Below are positions 32,729-43,951 of a stretch of 64,000 nucleotides of DNA, piece by piece. The notes under the pieces are model-generated. The model was not told the origin of the DNA. It saw nothing but the letters and a program-made list of their open reading frames with translations, and searched no databases. This stretch comes from Porphyridium purpureum. Its lineage: Eukaryota. Both the position numbers and the translations under genes were made by a program. How positions within the stretch are numbered: the first letter of the stretch is position 1; the number at the start of each line of letters is the position of its first letter. Where the stretch lies: NCBI GenBank assembly GCA_008690995.1, contig VRMN01000004.1:1364001-1428000 (forward strand). Direction: 5' to 3'.

Positions 32729-34360
32729 ATGGATGACGATGATTTGGTCGGCATGGAAATGGAAGATGACCTTATGGACGACGAACTGCCAGACGACGAC
32801 GCGGGAGGTCACGACGCTGACGATGGATCTGCCGTGTTCCGCGTCCGCTTCTTTCCTGTGCGCGAAACTACGGCCCCGAGCTCCAACTCTGTGCACAAGC
32901 GCAACGTCATCGCCGCGCGCTTTAAAGGTCCGATGCCTGACTTGGCAGCCGCCGCTGCAGTGGGAGGCTCACAGAACCCTGTGCGCCTAGTAAGAGACTC
33001 AGAACCGACTGTTGCAAAGCGAAGAAAATCACGGCTTGATACGGAAAAGTTTCTGAAGAGTCAGATGAGCTACCACGGCCAACTGCGCAAAATGGCCAAT
33101 GAAGCTGCGAAAGAAGCCGATCGCGTGCCCTTCCGCCTGTCGAAAAAGTTCTCATTGGATGTGCCGAGGAGCGATCCTGCGGCGAATCGCGCAGATGAGG
33201 TCCAGCAATCGTCTGCCACAGGAGCTGCGTGCACCTCAAGTATGCTTCGATACCGCGGCGCCTTGGATGCCCCGAAGCCAAATTTTGGATACGTGTACGT
33301 TGTGTTGAATAGGGAGCAAGGCACATGTGACATGCATCCCATGCATTCGCATTCGTTTTTCACTTTCCAGCCCCAAGGTCCGCTGCTCACGGCGCGCGAG
33401 CTTGAGAATAATGAAGAGAATGAAGATGGCGCCACCGCAGACCAAGTCATGCAACGCGCAAAGCGTCAGCGCGAAGGCCTCGATCGGTTCGAACAGCAGC
33501 TAATTTCAAAGGTCGTGAGCAGAAACGAAGAAAGTGAAGCGTTGGCGGACTTCAAACAGGAAGCGCTGATGCAGCAAGACACACGGGAACTGACGCATAA
33601 TGGCGGAGTACAGAGACTCAGGCGTAAATTGCCCTCGCAAGAAACGCTCGACGACGAGGAGGATGAAGTGAAAGCGTCCGCGGGCGGCATTGATTATCGC
33701 AAGGTGAAGTCCGAGAGCTTGGAGTTTCAGGACGAGAAGTCGCTATCTCTTGTAGATGCTGGAGAAGGATCTGAGAGTGAGCAGCCGCTGACGAGTGAGG
33801 GCATCGAAATGAAAAAGTTGCTGCAGCGTGAGAGAGGTGAGACGGGGAGCAACGACGATTTTGAAGCGTCGCCGTCGTCATCACCCCCTCGTCCAGCGCG
33901 AGGAGCCGCCGCGCCCAAGGGCTACAAGCGCGCGAGTCCGACTTCTTCTGCAGAAGAATCCCCGATCAAAGGCGCAGTGAAAAAAGCCAAAATGGAGCCC
34001 GCTCCAGGCTCAGTTATGCCCGGTACGTCCAGGCCCATGTCATCTCCGAGCCCCAGCCGATCACCGGGTTCCTTCGACAGGCTCATGTCGTATCAAGTGC
34101 ACCTGCCCCCGCCCGATGAATTTCTTGAACGCAGCCACATCATCAATGTCTTGCGAGCAGTACAGCGTGACGGGAGCACGCTGACCATGCACGACTTTGT
34201 CGCGTTGCTGCAAAAGACCGGAAGACTTGCAAAAAACAAACAGCGCCTCTTAGAATTGATCAAGGGTGTGGCCTTCGTGGTCGATGCAGGAGCCAGTGCC
34301 GGTGGTAGCCGGCAGTATCGTATCGAGCTTAAACCAGATCTTGATACATCAGCGAACTAA
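32729..34360 (+). CDS. Transcription initiation factor IIF alpha (RAP74/Tfg1)-like
   Basis: YRG...YVYVV...HPMHSHSFFTFQP..LLTARELE resembles the RAP74 N-domain. It has an acidic linker with LTSEGIEMKKLL and a C-terminal winged-helix-like segment. Confidence 0.6.
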   Translation: MDDDDLVGMEMEDDLMDDELPDDDAGGHDADDGSAVFRVRFFPVRETTAPSSNSVHKRNVIAARFKGPMPDLAAAAAVGGSQNPVRLVRDSEPTVAKRRKSRLDTEKFLKSQMSYHGQLRKMANEAAKEADRVPFRLSKKFSLDVPRSDPAANRADEVQQSSATGAACTSSMLRYRGALDAPKPNFGYVYVVLNREQGTCDMHPMHSHSFFTFQPQGPLLTARELENNEENEDGATADQVMQRAKRQREGLDRFEQQLISKVVSRNEESEALADFKQEALMQQDTRELTHNGGVQRLRRKLPSQETLDDEEDEVKASAGGIDYRKVKSESLEFQDEKSLSLVDAGEGSESEQPLTSEGIEMKKLLQRERGETGSNDDFEASPSSSPPRPARGAAAPKGYKRASPTSSAEESPIKGAVKKAKMEPAPGSVMPGTSRPMSSPSPSRSPGSFDRLMSYQVHLPPPDEFLERSHIINVLRAVQRDGSTLTMHDFVALLQKTGRLAKNKQRLLELIKGVAFVVDAGASAGGSRQYRIELKPDLDTSAN

Positions 34361-35034
34361 GATTTCGTGGTGTTGATGTTTTGTACTTACTGTTTTGACT
34401 GGTTCCAAGACGCGCCGGGGCCGCAGCTTTGCACGGGACTTTAGCCCTGGCAAGCTAGATTCGCACAGCTCCCGCACGCGCAAACGTGCATGACGTGTGC
34501 TCGTTCGAATTGAGCATGCAGCGAGATCAATCAAGCTGTGACGGTCCTCAAAGCCACCACATGAAGTCGAGCGACACGGCTTCAAACAGTACCTACGTAG
34601 GGCTCACTGCTGCAAGGGATCGCTGCCGGTCGTACCTAACTCGGCTGCAGCCCCGTCATGATAGCCAAGCGGCGCTTGACGGTGCCTGCGCTCGCGCCCG
34701 GCGCTTGTGTGGCGTGAGTCGTCGTGCCGCGCCGCGGCGAATTGGTTGCGAACTCCTTCTTGCCCGTGGAGAATCAAGCAGCAAGGCGCGAAAGTCTGCA
34801 CTTCTTAGTCATTGGACATGTAAACGTCTCCGACCGCTTGCCACTTTGCCATGGCATCGACTTGCACCTCCGATACGCCTCACCACCCCAGTTCACCCGA
34901 AGTTAATGCTGGATTCCTAGTTTGCCACACGCGACTAACCAGACATCGTTGAAGAGCACGAGACGATTTCTGCTCGGCGTGTGTGATTGTGCGTGCCTGT
35001 GTGTGCGATTCTCTCCAACGTCTGCAGTCGGAAA

Positions 35035-35734
35035 ATGGCGTTTGTCTTGGGCACACTCGAGCCGCTGGGTCACAGTACGATAGGCCGGGAAGCTCGGTGT
35101 CCGATTCGGATGGCCTTGGAACCGTCCAGCTCCAAGAACCTGGGGGCATCAGTCAAGAGCTGGAGCATTAGCGGTGCCGCGATTTTGGCAGCCGTATGTA
35201 TGCAATGTCCGGTCTCCGTCGGCGTCCTGCATAGCCTGCCTGCATCTGTGCTGCCCGCCGCGAATGCAGCGCCTGTCGGCACGTGCTATTTTGGCGAAGG
35301 TGATGGCTGCGCAACGCTGGCAGGTGAAAACGAGCTGATCCGATCGCTGCAGGAGAAAAGCCGTCTCAAGAAGGACGAGATCGTCAAGGAACAGCGCGAG
35401 TCGTGGTGGGCGCGTGGATATGCGGACTACTTCAAGTTTGGATACGACCAGGTGAGTTGGTGGAACCTGTTTTCAATGACCGACGCGGCGAGTCGAAAGT
35501 GCTGCGCGCAGCGCCAACGGTGAGGTTATTGAATTTCTCCGCTTGTATTGTCCGTAGGTGCAGAAACTAATACGCTCCCGACCATATTTCTATTTTTCTT
35601 TTCCTTTCCCCCTTTTCCGCCTGTTCTTATGTTTTCTCTGTCAGGATCTGGTCCGATCGTCCGATGGCTCGTGGGTTCTCAAGAGGACGCCGAGCCTCTT
35701 GGAAAAAGCTCTTGGTCCGTCGGAGAAGAAATAA
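35035..35734 (+). CDS. Plastid (probably thylakoid-lumen) protein with a PsaN-like segment; exons 35035-35451 and 35645-35734 (168 aa)
   Basis: MAFV transit peptide, then a hydrophobic stretch ending PAANA|AP, then ENELIRSLQEKSRLKKDE...GYADYF. Intron GTGAGT...ACTAAT...pyrimidine tract...CAG; exon 2 is DLVRSSDGSWVLKR...EKK*. Confidence 0.7.
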
Positions 35735-35772
35735 TCAATCGCAGTTATGAGTGGGACCAAGTATGTACTTCT

Positions 35773-38700
35773 CTACAATGCAATCAACCATCGATCCAGC
35801 TCGAGACCATCTTCGACATCGCCTTCGTTTTCCGGTCCTGAACCTCGGACATTGACAAGCGCTGAGGCAGCCATGTTCAATTCCTCGGCGCGTGAATAGT
35901 TCCCCACTTCTCGCTCCATGCTCGCAAATTGGGTCCATGCCTTTTCAAATGTTGGCTGCACCCGAATCGCTTGCTGGAACAGCTTTCGCGCACTGTCTGT
36001 GTCGCCAAGCGCTCGCTCCATACCAGCCCATGCCACACAGAGCGGCCCGCTCTTGCTCGGATTCACTTGAGCTCCGAGTTTGAACAAATCTCTCGCCCTT
36101 TCATACTTTTGATCCTCGCAAAGCACATTGGCCGCCAGCAAATACAAACGGATGGCGCTCGGGTCTCTTTCCATTCCTCGATCCAATATTTCCAACGCGC
36201 GCTCACGATCTCCCCGGCTGAGGACAAACCGTGCATACGAGTGCAGCAATACCGCCGCATTTTCGTTCGTTGGCGTCACAAATGCCTCGCCACGCTCGTA
36301 AATCGATTCAACTTGTCGCCAGCGATCGTCATCGTCAGCATCCAAGCCCTTGCCGGCGGCTGCAGCGCGCTCTAGCATACGAGCATAGGAGCAGTAGGGT
36401 GCCGCGAGCGTCGGATCTGCAGAAATTCCTCTCTCATAGTACTCACCCGCTCTCTCAATATTTCCGTGTTCGGCTTCAATGTCAGCTACTGAGACCAAGC
36501 ACGCAACGGCGTCGGGCGCCACCGCCAGCGCCTGCTTGAAAAGTTCTCGCGCTCGTTTCCGGTCACCTAGTTGACGTTCCGCTACCGCCCATGCATGCCA
36601 TACGGCTGGATTTCTCGGCTCGGCGCTTGATGCCTGCGCGAACAAGTCACGCGCCTTTGCTAAATTTTTTGTCACACGAAGTTCCATTTGAGCCCAGAGC
36701 GCAAACGCAACGCCATTCGAAGGATCCGCCTCGCTCGCATTCTTGAACGCTCGTCTTGCGGCGTCATAGTTCTGTTGATTCTGTTCCAAGAGGCCCAGTC
36801 GCTGATAAGCAGGCACAAATTTCGGATTGGTCGATGCGCTGCAAGTATACAGCTCGCGCGCAGCTTCAATGCGTGCAAAGCGTTCCTCCAGTTGCCCGAG
36901 AGCAAGTTGCAGCTGCGACACTGCATTTCGTGCCGTGAGCTCCGCCGAGGAGGGCACGGTGGATATCTGCAAGGAATCAAAGTCATTCTCCTCGTTGTCC
37001 ATGTCTTCTTCTCTGCCTTCTTCATCATCACCGTCTTGGGACACTGCCCTCCGCGGTGCTGACGAAGCGTTGCCTAATTGGTCAAGCCTCATCGAGCACA
37101 ATGACAGACCTCGCATAAGGATCTGACGCGCCCGCTCCGGCTCAAGTGGATAGAGTCGCATTTCCAAAAGTGACCAAGACTGAAAAAGATAAGGAGCATT
37201 GATGTCATGCTCCTCTGCCACGCCTGCAGCTGCTTCAAAGAGTGCTCTCGCGCGCTGCGGTGAATGTAGATCATTTTCGAGGAGCGCATATGACATCCAC
37301 GCAGCAAGATACTTTGGAAATTGCCGAGTCGCGCGTCGCAGTAGACCACGCGCTCGCTCGAAATTTCGGTAGCGACGTTCCTGAAGCGCGAACCAATGCA
37401 GCAGTTTCGGCGATACGCGACGCGGTGCAGTTCGCAGCATTTCATAGAAAACACGCCTGACCGCGGGCGGATCTCCTCGATGTATGATCGCGACCACATC
37501 CCCTAACATTCTGTACAATATTTCATACCCTGGATCCACCTCAAGACCCATGCGCAGTACACGTGCAGATTCCAAGAATTCTCCATCCAGCTGGTACAGC
37601 GTGGCCAGTTCACCCATCGCTTCGGCACGCGCGCGCTGCATGTTCTGACTCATTCGAAGTGCGGCGGGCATTCCGAAGCTTTGCTCGTTTGATAAACCAG
37701 GTACTGGCAAGCCTGCAGCCCTTCGTAGCAAGTCTATCGCTCTCTTCGAATTGTTTGGCTGTTCTCGCTCCAGCTTACCCCATGAAAGCCAAATACGTAA
37801 ATCGTGAGGATTGAGAGCGACGGCGCGTCCAAACGCTGCACGTGCCAGTTCCACGTTGCCATGCTTTTTCTCCAGCTCGCCAATAGAGCGCCAGACTCCG
37901 CCATGATCTGGTGCCCGCTCCACTGCTTTAGATAAGATTCGACGCGCAATGCGATAGTCTCCAGTCATTAGTTCATAAAGTGCCCACCGATGCAACGACT
38001 CGACGGGAAAGCTTGATCGATGTCGTACTTGCTTACTTCTCTGGTTCAAACTACGTTCGCGGGTAGCTTGCATTACCTCAAGTTCCACCGCACGTTTAAA
38101 AGATTCGCGCCCGAGCGATATGTTATTGTCTAGCATCAGCAGTGTTCCGAGCTCCATGTGAAGAAGGTATTCGTGCGATGAAACGGACCCTGATGATCGC
38201 GAAGGAAGACTGAGTCCTCGCTCAAGTACGGCACGAGCAGCCACAAGGCCTCGCGCCTCGTATTCTAAACGAGCCAGCTTTGCGCGCAATTCCACAGAGT
38301 ATGGATTGATGCGTACCGCTTGCCGCAGAAGCAAAGCAGCCTCGTAACGCTCGTCGCTGCCCGCATTTCTCTCCATCAGAGCCTTGTGCTTTCTGCCTGT
38401 GAGCCCGTCCTTGCCACTCCGTTTCTCAAAGGGCATATTTTTCCAGCCTGCAAGGCGTTTCCCCACATCCATAGCATACAATCTCGCGACTGCCTGAGCC
38501 TGCTCACGGTCGTTGATATTTGTAATGTTGAACTTAGACAGGAGCGCATTGATGGAATCGTCGGGTTCTTGTAGGCTCTCTTCATCATCCTGTGCGTTCT
38601 GACTATCGAGTTTTCGCCGTCCCCACGACGCACGCTCCAAAACTTGCGAAAGTTTTGCTCTCGTCTCATCATCGCCAACGAGCCTCACCTTCTCCGCGAG

Positions 38701-39474
38701 GTGCATCCAAGCTCGATAGTCATAGGGAGCAAGCATCACAACGACTCCCCAGCAATCTCTTGCGAGCTCTAGACAACCACTCGTCTGCAGTAAACTTGCC
38801 GCGCATCGCCACACGGGCACGTGAGCTGGGGCCATTCTTAACGCAGTGCAGACCGTGGACCAGGCAAGGTCCGGCAGATCCCGCGTACGATACAGCTCAG
38901 CGAGCGCAACATACAGCGCCCCGTGCGAAGCGTCTTCTCGCAACCCGCTCTTGAAGAATCGCTCCGCGCGCAGCGTCTGGCGGAGCCGCGCATACTTGAC
39001 GCCCAAGCTCTGGTAAAGTGCTCCCCGCGTGCCCGGCGCGCACCTTCGCAGGCCCTGCAAAAATGCCCAATCTGAACGCTCCGCATTTCCAGCTCGGGCG
39101 TGAGCCGTGCCCAGCGCGTGCCAAAGGAAGACATTCCGTGCATTGTCGTCGTGCCATTCCATCGCGGAGGTCAAGATCCTTGCGCGTTCCGCCGGGGAGT
39201 GCGAACTGCGCGCCAGCTCCATCCATCGCCGCCCATCGTGGGGCTCTGCCCTGATTGCGTCGACTGCCCTGCGCAATGACGGCACGGTCTCACGCGGCGT
39301 GCCGTACTGGCGCTTCGCCAGCGGGCGCCGCGTCGGCTGTGCAGAAACCGGCGGCGGGCCCGAGGTGGAAGCTGGCGCACTCGCGTCGGACGCTGCGGCG
39401 CGCCAGCGCGCATCAGACGCGCAGCGGCGTCTGGCGCCAACTGGCGCAGTTGGGAGGAAACATACCATCGCCAT
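35773..39474 (-). CDS. Plastid-targeted HAT/TPR-repeat RNA-binding protein, HCF107/Mbb1-like
   Basis: Many half-a-TPR repeats (e.g. VWHAWAVAERQLGDRKRARELFKQAL) and a transit-peptide-like N-terminus MAMVCFLPTAP. Confidence 0.75.
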   Translation of the reverse strand: MAMVCFLPTAPVGARRRCASDARWRAAASDASAPASTSGPPPVSAQPTRRPLAKRQYGTPRETVPSLRRAVDAIRAEPHDGRRWMELARSSHSPAERARILTSAMEWHDDNARNVFLWHALGTAHARAGNAERSDWAFLQGLRRCAPGTRGALYQSLGVKYARLRQTLRAERFFKSGLREDASHGALYVALAELYRTRDLPDLAWSTVCTALRMAPAHVPVWRCAASLLQTSGCLELARDCWGVVVMLAPYDYRAWMHLAEKVRLVGDDETRAKLSQVLERASWGRRKLDSQNAQDDEESLQEPDDSINALLSKFNITNINDREQAQAVARLYAMDVGKRLAGWKNMPFEKRSGKDGLTGRKHKALMERNAGSDERYEAALLLRQAVRINPYSVELRAKLARLEYEARGLVAARAVLERGLSLPSRSSGSVSSHEYLLHMELGTLLMLDNNISLGRESFKRAVELEVMQATRERSLNQRSKQVRHRSSFPVESLHRWALYELMTGDYRIARRILSKAVERAPDHGGVWRSIGELEKKHGNVELARAAFGRAVALNPHDLRIWLSWGKLEREQPNNSKRAIDLLRRAAGLPVPGLSNEQSFGMPAALRMSQNMQRARAEAMGELATLYQLDGEFLESARVLRMGLEVDPGYEILYRMLGDVVAIIHRGDPPAVRRVFYEMLRTAPRRVSPKLLHWFALQERRYRNFERARGLLRRATRQFPKYLAAWMSYALLENDLHSPQRARALFEAAAGVAEEHDINAPYLFQSWSLLEMRLYPLEPERARQILMRGLSLCSMRLDQLGNASSAPRRAVSQDGDDEEGREEDMDNEENDFDSLQISTVPSSAELTARNAVSQLQLALGQLEERFARIEAARELYTCSASTNPKFVPAYQRLGLLEQNQQNYDAARRAFKNASEADPSNGVAFALWAQMELRVTKNLAKARDLFAQASSAEPRNPAVWHAWAVAERQLGDRKRARELFKQALAVAPDAVACLVSVADIEAEHGNIERAGEYYERGISADPTLAAPYCSYARMLERAAAAGKGLDADDDDRWRQVESIYERGEAFVTPTNENAAVLLHSYARFVLSRGDRERALEILDRGMERDPSAIRLYLLAANVLCEDQKYERARDLFKLGAQVNPSKSGPLCVAWAGMERALGDTDSARKLFQQAIRVQPTFEKAWTQFASMEREVGNYSRAEELNMAASALVNVRGSGPENEGDVEDGLELDRWLIAL

Positions 39475-39929
39475 TCACCCCGCGCGCGCGGTCGTTCCGC
39501 ACTGCCCGCGCACGGCTCCCAAGCGCCACCGCGCCGATTGCGGCGCGCGCAGCACGCAAACCGCGCTAAACGGTTCACAGCCTGCCGATGAACCGCTACC
39601 GCGCGGCTTAACCGAATCGGTTGGGGCGGCGCGATGGAATCATCGGTGCGATCTCGCGCATCAGCCGAGATGTTTTCATACTAAAATGGCGCGCGTTCAT
39701 AAGGCGCGCTCGATCCTGGGGGGCAGTGCGTTCGTGTGTTCATGTGCGATTCGTGCGTGCCGAGCTGCTGCTGCTACGCTGGAGCGAGGCTCGTGCGAGA
39801 GTGAGTGTGTGAGAGTCTGCTCAGGAAGGGGACCGCAGAGCACTGAGGATCTCGTGTCGATACTGCGTGGACTCGGAGCACGAGAGGGAAGCGCGCGCGC
39901 AAGCTGAACTGAGCCACAGTGCGGAAAAC

Positions 39930-41015
39930 ATGGCGTTCGTCGTCTCCGGATCGGCGCCGATCTCGCGCACAAGCACGCGCGTGCTGTGCTCGCCGCCGTC
40001 TGCAGCCTCGCTGGGCAGTTTGCGCAATGGCATGAGCTTCATGTCCATGAACACGCTCGACTCATCGCATTCCGCGACTGCCAACGCAGCTCGCCCGGCA
40101 TCGGGAGCAAAGCTCCAGCTCGACCTGGTGCGTTTGCCCTACACGGGGCACCGCATGCGCGCCCCAGCCGCCGTCCCATCGGGTGTCAACCGCGTTCTGG
40201 TTTGGTTCCAGGCAGATCTGCGCGTGCAGGACAATGAGGCACTCAATGAGGCTGTCAACAGGTGCGCTGTACCAGGCGGGGCGTTCGTTCCTGTTTATGC
40301 CTCCTCGAATCACACTACGGATCGCTTGAACGCTGCACAAGAGCTTAAGAGCGAGATGCAAAAGGCTGGCTCGGATCTGATCGCTGTGCATTCTAGCAGC
40401 GCTGCAGATACTGCGAATGCTCTGCTTGAACTCGTCTCTGCAGAGCACTTGCAGGCCGTGTTTCTGAATTTTGCGACTTCGGATCGTGATGCGGACGAGC
40501 AGCAGCGCGTGATTTCCAGCCTTGAGGAAGCAGGCGTCCAAGCGTTTGGCTTCTGGTCCAATGCGCTGTGTGACGTGTCTCGTATCGAGACGGCAGAGAA
40601 CGAGCAGCTGTCCCTGATCGCTTTGCGCAAGGAGACGGCAGAGGCCAATGCGATCGCCAAGCCGATTGAAGCCAAACGCGCCATGCCGAAACTTCCCACC
40701 CCAGTGTACGACTATAATACGCTCGAGCTTGCGGCTATTCATGGGCGTGGAACGTCGCGCGCCTTGGCGCAGCTCCAGTCACTAGACAAGGAATCTCAGA
40801 CATTGAATGTTCGTGGACTGAAAGGCGCCGATCTTGTCTTGGCCCTCAAAGGTGCGCTGGACTGTGGCAGTTTGTCGGCAAAGATGGTGCATTCGCACAT
40901 CGTGACTGTCATGGGAGAAGCACGTGGCTATTTGTTCAACGAAATCGCGTTCCGCACGTTCACATGTGGCATCCTGCGCAGCAAAATGGCCTCCTCGGTC
41001 AAGACTTTGGTTTGA
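39930..41015 (+). CDS. Truncated photolyase/cryptochrome-family protein (PHR2-like), plastid-targeted
   Basis: MAFV transit peptide, LVWFQADLRVQDNEAL, LDCGSLSAKMV and LFNEIAFRTF, then an early stop that omits most of the FAD-binding domain. Confidence 0.75.
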   Translation: MAFVVSGSAPISRTSTRVLCSPPSAASLGSLRNGMSFMSMNTLDSSHSATANAARPASGAKLQLDLVRLPYTGHRMRAPAAVPSGVNRVLVWFQADLRVQDNEALNEAVNRCAVPGGAFVPVYASSNHTTDRLNAAQELKSEMQKAGSDLIAVHSSSAADTANALLELVSAEHLQAVFLNFATSDRDADEQQRVISSLEEAGVQAFGFWSNALCDVSRIETAENEQLSLIALRKETAEANAIAKPIEAKRAMPKLPTPVYDYNTLELAAIHGRGTSRALAQLQSLDKESQTLNVRGLKGADLVLALKGALDCGSLSAKMVHSHIVTVMGEARGYLFNEIAFRTFTCGILRSKMASSVKTLV

Positions 41016-41563
41016 AATTGTCCAGGGGCGCACACAGCGTCTGATCGAATAAAGTGAGGAGACCCTCATCATGCTACTGGTATCAAAAACTTTCTTCTTC
41101 CCGTTCCCCTCTCCCGCGAGAGAGCTAAATTCCGCTAACTTCGAGTGAAAGACGATCAAAGAACTTGTCAAAGAAAGAAACAGTTTTGTTTTGTAGTATC
41201 CGGCTAAACAGGGTTTTGGTGCTCGAACCTGGACAGGATTTTGCTTCTGCAGCCACGTATTCCGCCTGACTTTCATGCATTATCCACAGTTCAACGCCAC
41301 GTTGACCTCGCCAAAAGAGTAAGTCTTGGTTCTCACACGCTACTATCCTGTGCTCCATTGCCTAGCACCTGCCGCGCGCCAAACCTGAAAGAATGGCTTT
41401 AGATTCATGGCAAAAGTAGGGCTGTCTGCGTGACAGCCGTCCCGTGCTGTACCACAGAGTGAATGCATCACCGAGCCTCGTGTACCCCAGCTCGTTGTTT
41501 TGTGAGAAACCACAAAATATTAAACCAACGCGGCGTGACGACGTTGTACAAGCCGAGAAAACT

Positions 41564-43951
41564 TCACTTTCGACCATCCTTGAGGGTTACAGTCAGGTTG
41601 AAGACCTTGCGATTTGAATCACTGTCCTGGTCGCACGTAAAGTATCCCACTCGTTCGAACTGAAAAGAGTCACCCACATTGCAGTTTCCTGCAAATTCGT
41701 CGACCAACGCTTCGTCAAGAACAACTTCGCTACTGTCGTTCAAATCTTCCCAAATATCTTCGCCACCAAGCGCACCTGGGTCCGCGCTCTTGAAGAGCCT
41801 GTCATAGAGGCGCACCTCACAGGGCTTACTCGTGCATGAAACCCAATGCAGCACGCCCTTAGGCTTCACCGACTTTGCATAATCGCAGAGCGCTACCAGT
41901 CGCACAACCTCTCCCTCATCTGATCTGATGACATTGGTCACAGTGATGGGATAAGCGTAACGCAACATTGCGGTCTTTCCAGGTGCGAGGCCGTAATAGC
42001 CCTTCTCATCCGTGTCACGGAAATCACTGCGCTCGATGAAAACCTGCCGGGTCAGCTGCACATCACGTTCGCCCATTTCAGGCATCTTGGGATGAATAGG
42101 AACCTTGAGTAATGAGGCCGATTCGTCGAAATTACTGATCTCAATTTCCAAAGGCCTTGTGACGCACATGGCTCGCGGGCATCTTTCATCAAATTCTGAG
42201 CGCAGGACATGCTCCAATTTATGCAGGCCGATCACGTTTGCATTGCGACTATACCCCGTCTGTGAGCAAAACTCATTAATTGCACTGGGTGTGTATCCAC
42301 GTCGACGCAATCCGAGCAAAGTGGGCATACGCGGGTCGTCCCAGCCGCGAACGCGACCACTGTTCACCAGTGCCAAAAGCTTGCGCTTGCTGACCACGGT
42401 ACCTTCCAGCGTGAGCCTGGCAAACTCCCATACAAACGGGCGGTACATATCTAAAGCCGCAATAAGCCAGTAGTACGAGTCGCGCCGCACTTCAAATTCA
42501 AGCGTGCAGAGCGAGTGGGTAATCCACTCGAGACTGTCGACCAAGCAGTGGGTATAGTCGTAGCTTGGATACACGCACCACTTCTCTCCGCTGCGCGGGT
42601 GTGCGACATACTTGATGCGATATGCTATGGGATCCCGCATCACTGTATTGTCGTGCTTCATATCAATTTTCATTCGCAAAGAGGCGGCACTCTCTTCAAA
42701 CTTGCCATTCGCCATGTCATGAAACAGACGCAAGGACTCTTCGGCGGGTCTGTCACGCCACGGAGAGTCTGTCATGGTTTCACGGCCTTTGGCAATGTCT
42801 TCCGAACTCTGATGGCAAACGTACGCCAAACCCTTTTTGATCAGTTTCTCTGCAAGCGCAAATAACTCATCAAAGTAGTCGCTTGAATAAGTAATGTAGT
42901 CGGGCTCGTGACCTAGCCATCGCACTGTGTCAATGATGCTATCAATGTACTCCTGCTTTTCCGTTTCTGGATTTGTATCATCAAAGCGCAAGTAGCACTT
43001 GCCTCCCTCGCGCCGGGCATACCCAAAATCTAAAAACATCGCCTTGGCGTGACCAATGTGCAAATGACCATTCGGCTCAGGTGGAAAGCGCGTCATTACG
43101 GAACATCCGCCCGTTCGCTCTGCACTCTTGTACGCTGCTAGCAACTCCGGGGTATTTTTCATGATGTCAAGATGGCGCGCCTCAAATGACGAAGGGATTC
43201 CGGGGGCTATCTCGCTCGGATCGGCTTCTGCGGCTTGACCGGCACCTCCCCGCTCCTGATCTGTCGCTCCATTCCTCTGCAAAGTGGAATCTTCTGGATT
43301 TTTCTTTTTCTTCTCCTTTGCTGCCTTCTTCGCCGCCTTGGGGTCGACCGGGGCCAAATCAGCCTCTGTCTTGGGACCAAGCATTTGCTCTATTTGCTTG
43401 TTGATCTCCGCAAGCACAGTTTCATTTTCTGCAAGCCTATTCTTTCCCAGTACGGTACGAACGAGTGATCCTGAAGGATAGCGGTACCTTTTTTCCTTGA
43501 TTTCGTCCTCGTTCTCCCTGAGAGTCTCATGAACGAGTCGGGAAATCTCCTCGGCAGACACTTGGACGCCAACTCCGATGTAATCATCAAACCATTCTGG
43601 AGTCACCGCAGGCTCCGGCTGAGCGGTCATGGAGCGCTTATTGGCTAACGCAATTGCCAGCTCCAGCCGTCCGGTCGAGGCGATCCGGCCGTCGGTGACT
43701 GCAGCCATGATCATTTCCTTCAGCTCCGGCTCGACCTGTGCCCTGAGCTTTGTAGCGGCCGAGAACAGCATGGTTGCCTTCTTTGGATCCGCGTCAGAGC
43801 CGGAGCCCAACGCCAGCTTCTCGAACAGCTCAATCAGAACTTTCGTCATCTTTGCAGAGTCGCTTGCGCTGCTGAGCGGCTTTCCCTCCAACCCGTACTG
43901 CGCAAGCATCGCGGATCGCGCTTCCGCGGTGGTAAGGTCCGGTTCCGCCAT
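41564..43951 (-). CDS. QARS: Glutaminyl-tRNA synthetase
   Basis: TRFPPEPNGHLHIGHAKA, LRFDDTNPE, ITHSLCTLEF, VSKRKL and FQFERVGYF, plus a eukaryotic N-terminal extension. Confidence 0.95.
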   Translation of the reverse strand: MAEPDLTTAEARSAMLAQYGLEGKPLSSASDSAKMTKVLIELFEKLALGSGSDADPKKATMLFSAATKLRAQVEPELKEMIMAAVTDGRIASTGRLELAIALANKRSMTAQPEPAVTPEWFDDYIGVGVQVSAEEISRLVHETLRENEDEIKEKRYRYPSGSLVRTVLGKNRLAENETVLAEINKQIEQMLGPKTEADLAPVDPKAAKKAAKEKKKKNPEDSTLQRNGATDQERGGAGQAAEADPSEIAPGIPSSFEARHLDIMKNTPELLAAYKSAERTGGCSVMTRFPPEPNGHLHIGHAKAMFLDFGYARREGGKCYLRFDDTNPETEKQEYIDSIIDTVRWLGHEPDYITYSSDYFDELFALAEKLIKKGLAYVCHQSSEDIAKGRETMTDSPWRDRPAEESLRLFHDMANGKFEESAASLRMKIDMKHDNTVMRDPIAYRIKYVAHPRSGEKWCVYPSYDYTHCLVDSLEWITHSLCTLEFEVRRDSYYWLIAALDMYRPFVWEFARLTLEGTVVSKRKLLALVNSGRVRGWDDPRMPTLLGLRRRGYTPSAINEFCSQTGYSRNANVIGLHKLEHVLRSEFDERCPRAMCVTRPLEIEISNFDESASLLKVPIHPKMPEMGERDVQLTRQVFIERSDFRDTDEKGYYGLAPGKTAMLRYAYPITVTNVIRSDEGEVVRLVALCDYAKSVKPKGVLHWVSCTSKPCEVRLYDRLFKSADPGALGGEDIWEDLNDSSEVVLDEALVDEFAGNCNVGDSFQFERVGYFTCDQDSDSNRKVFNLTVTLKDGRK

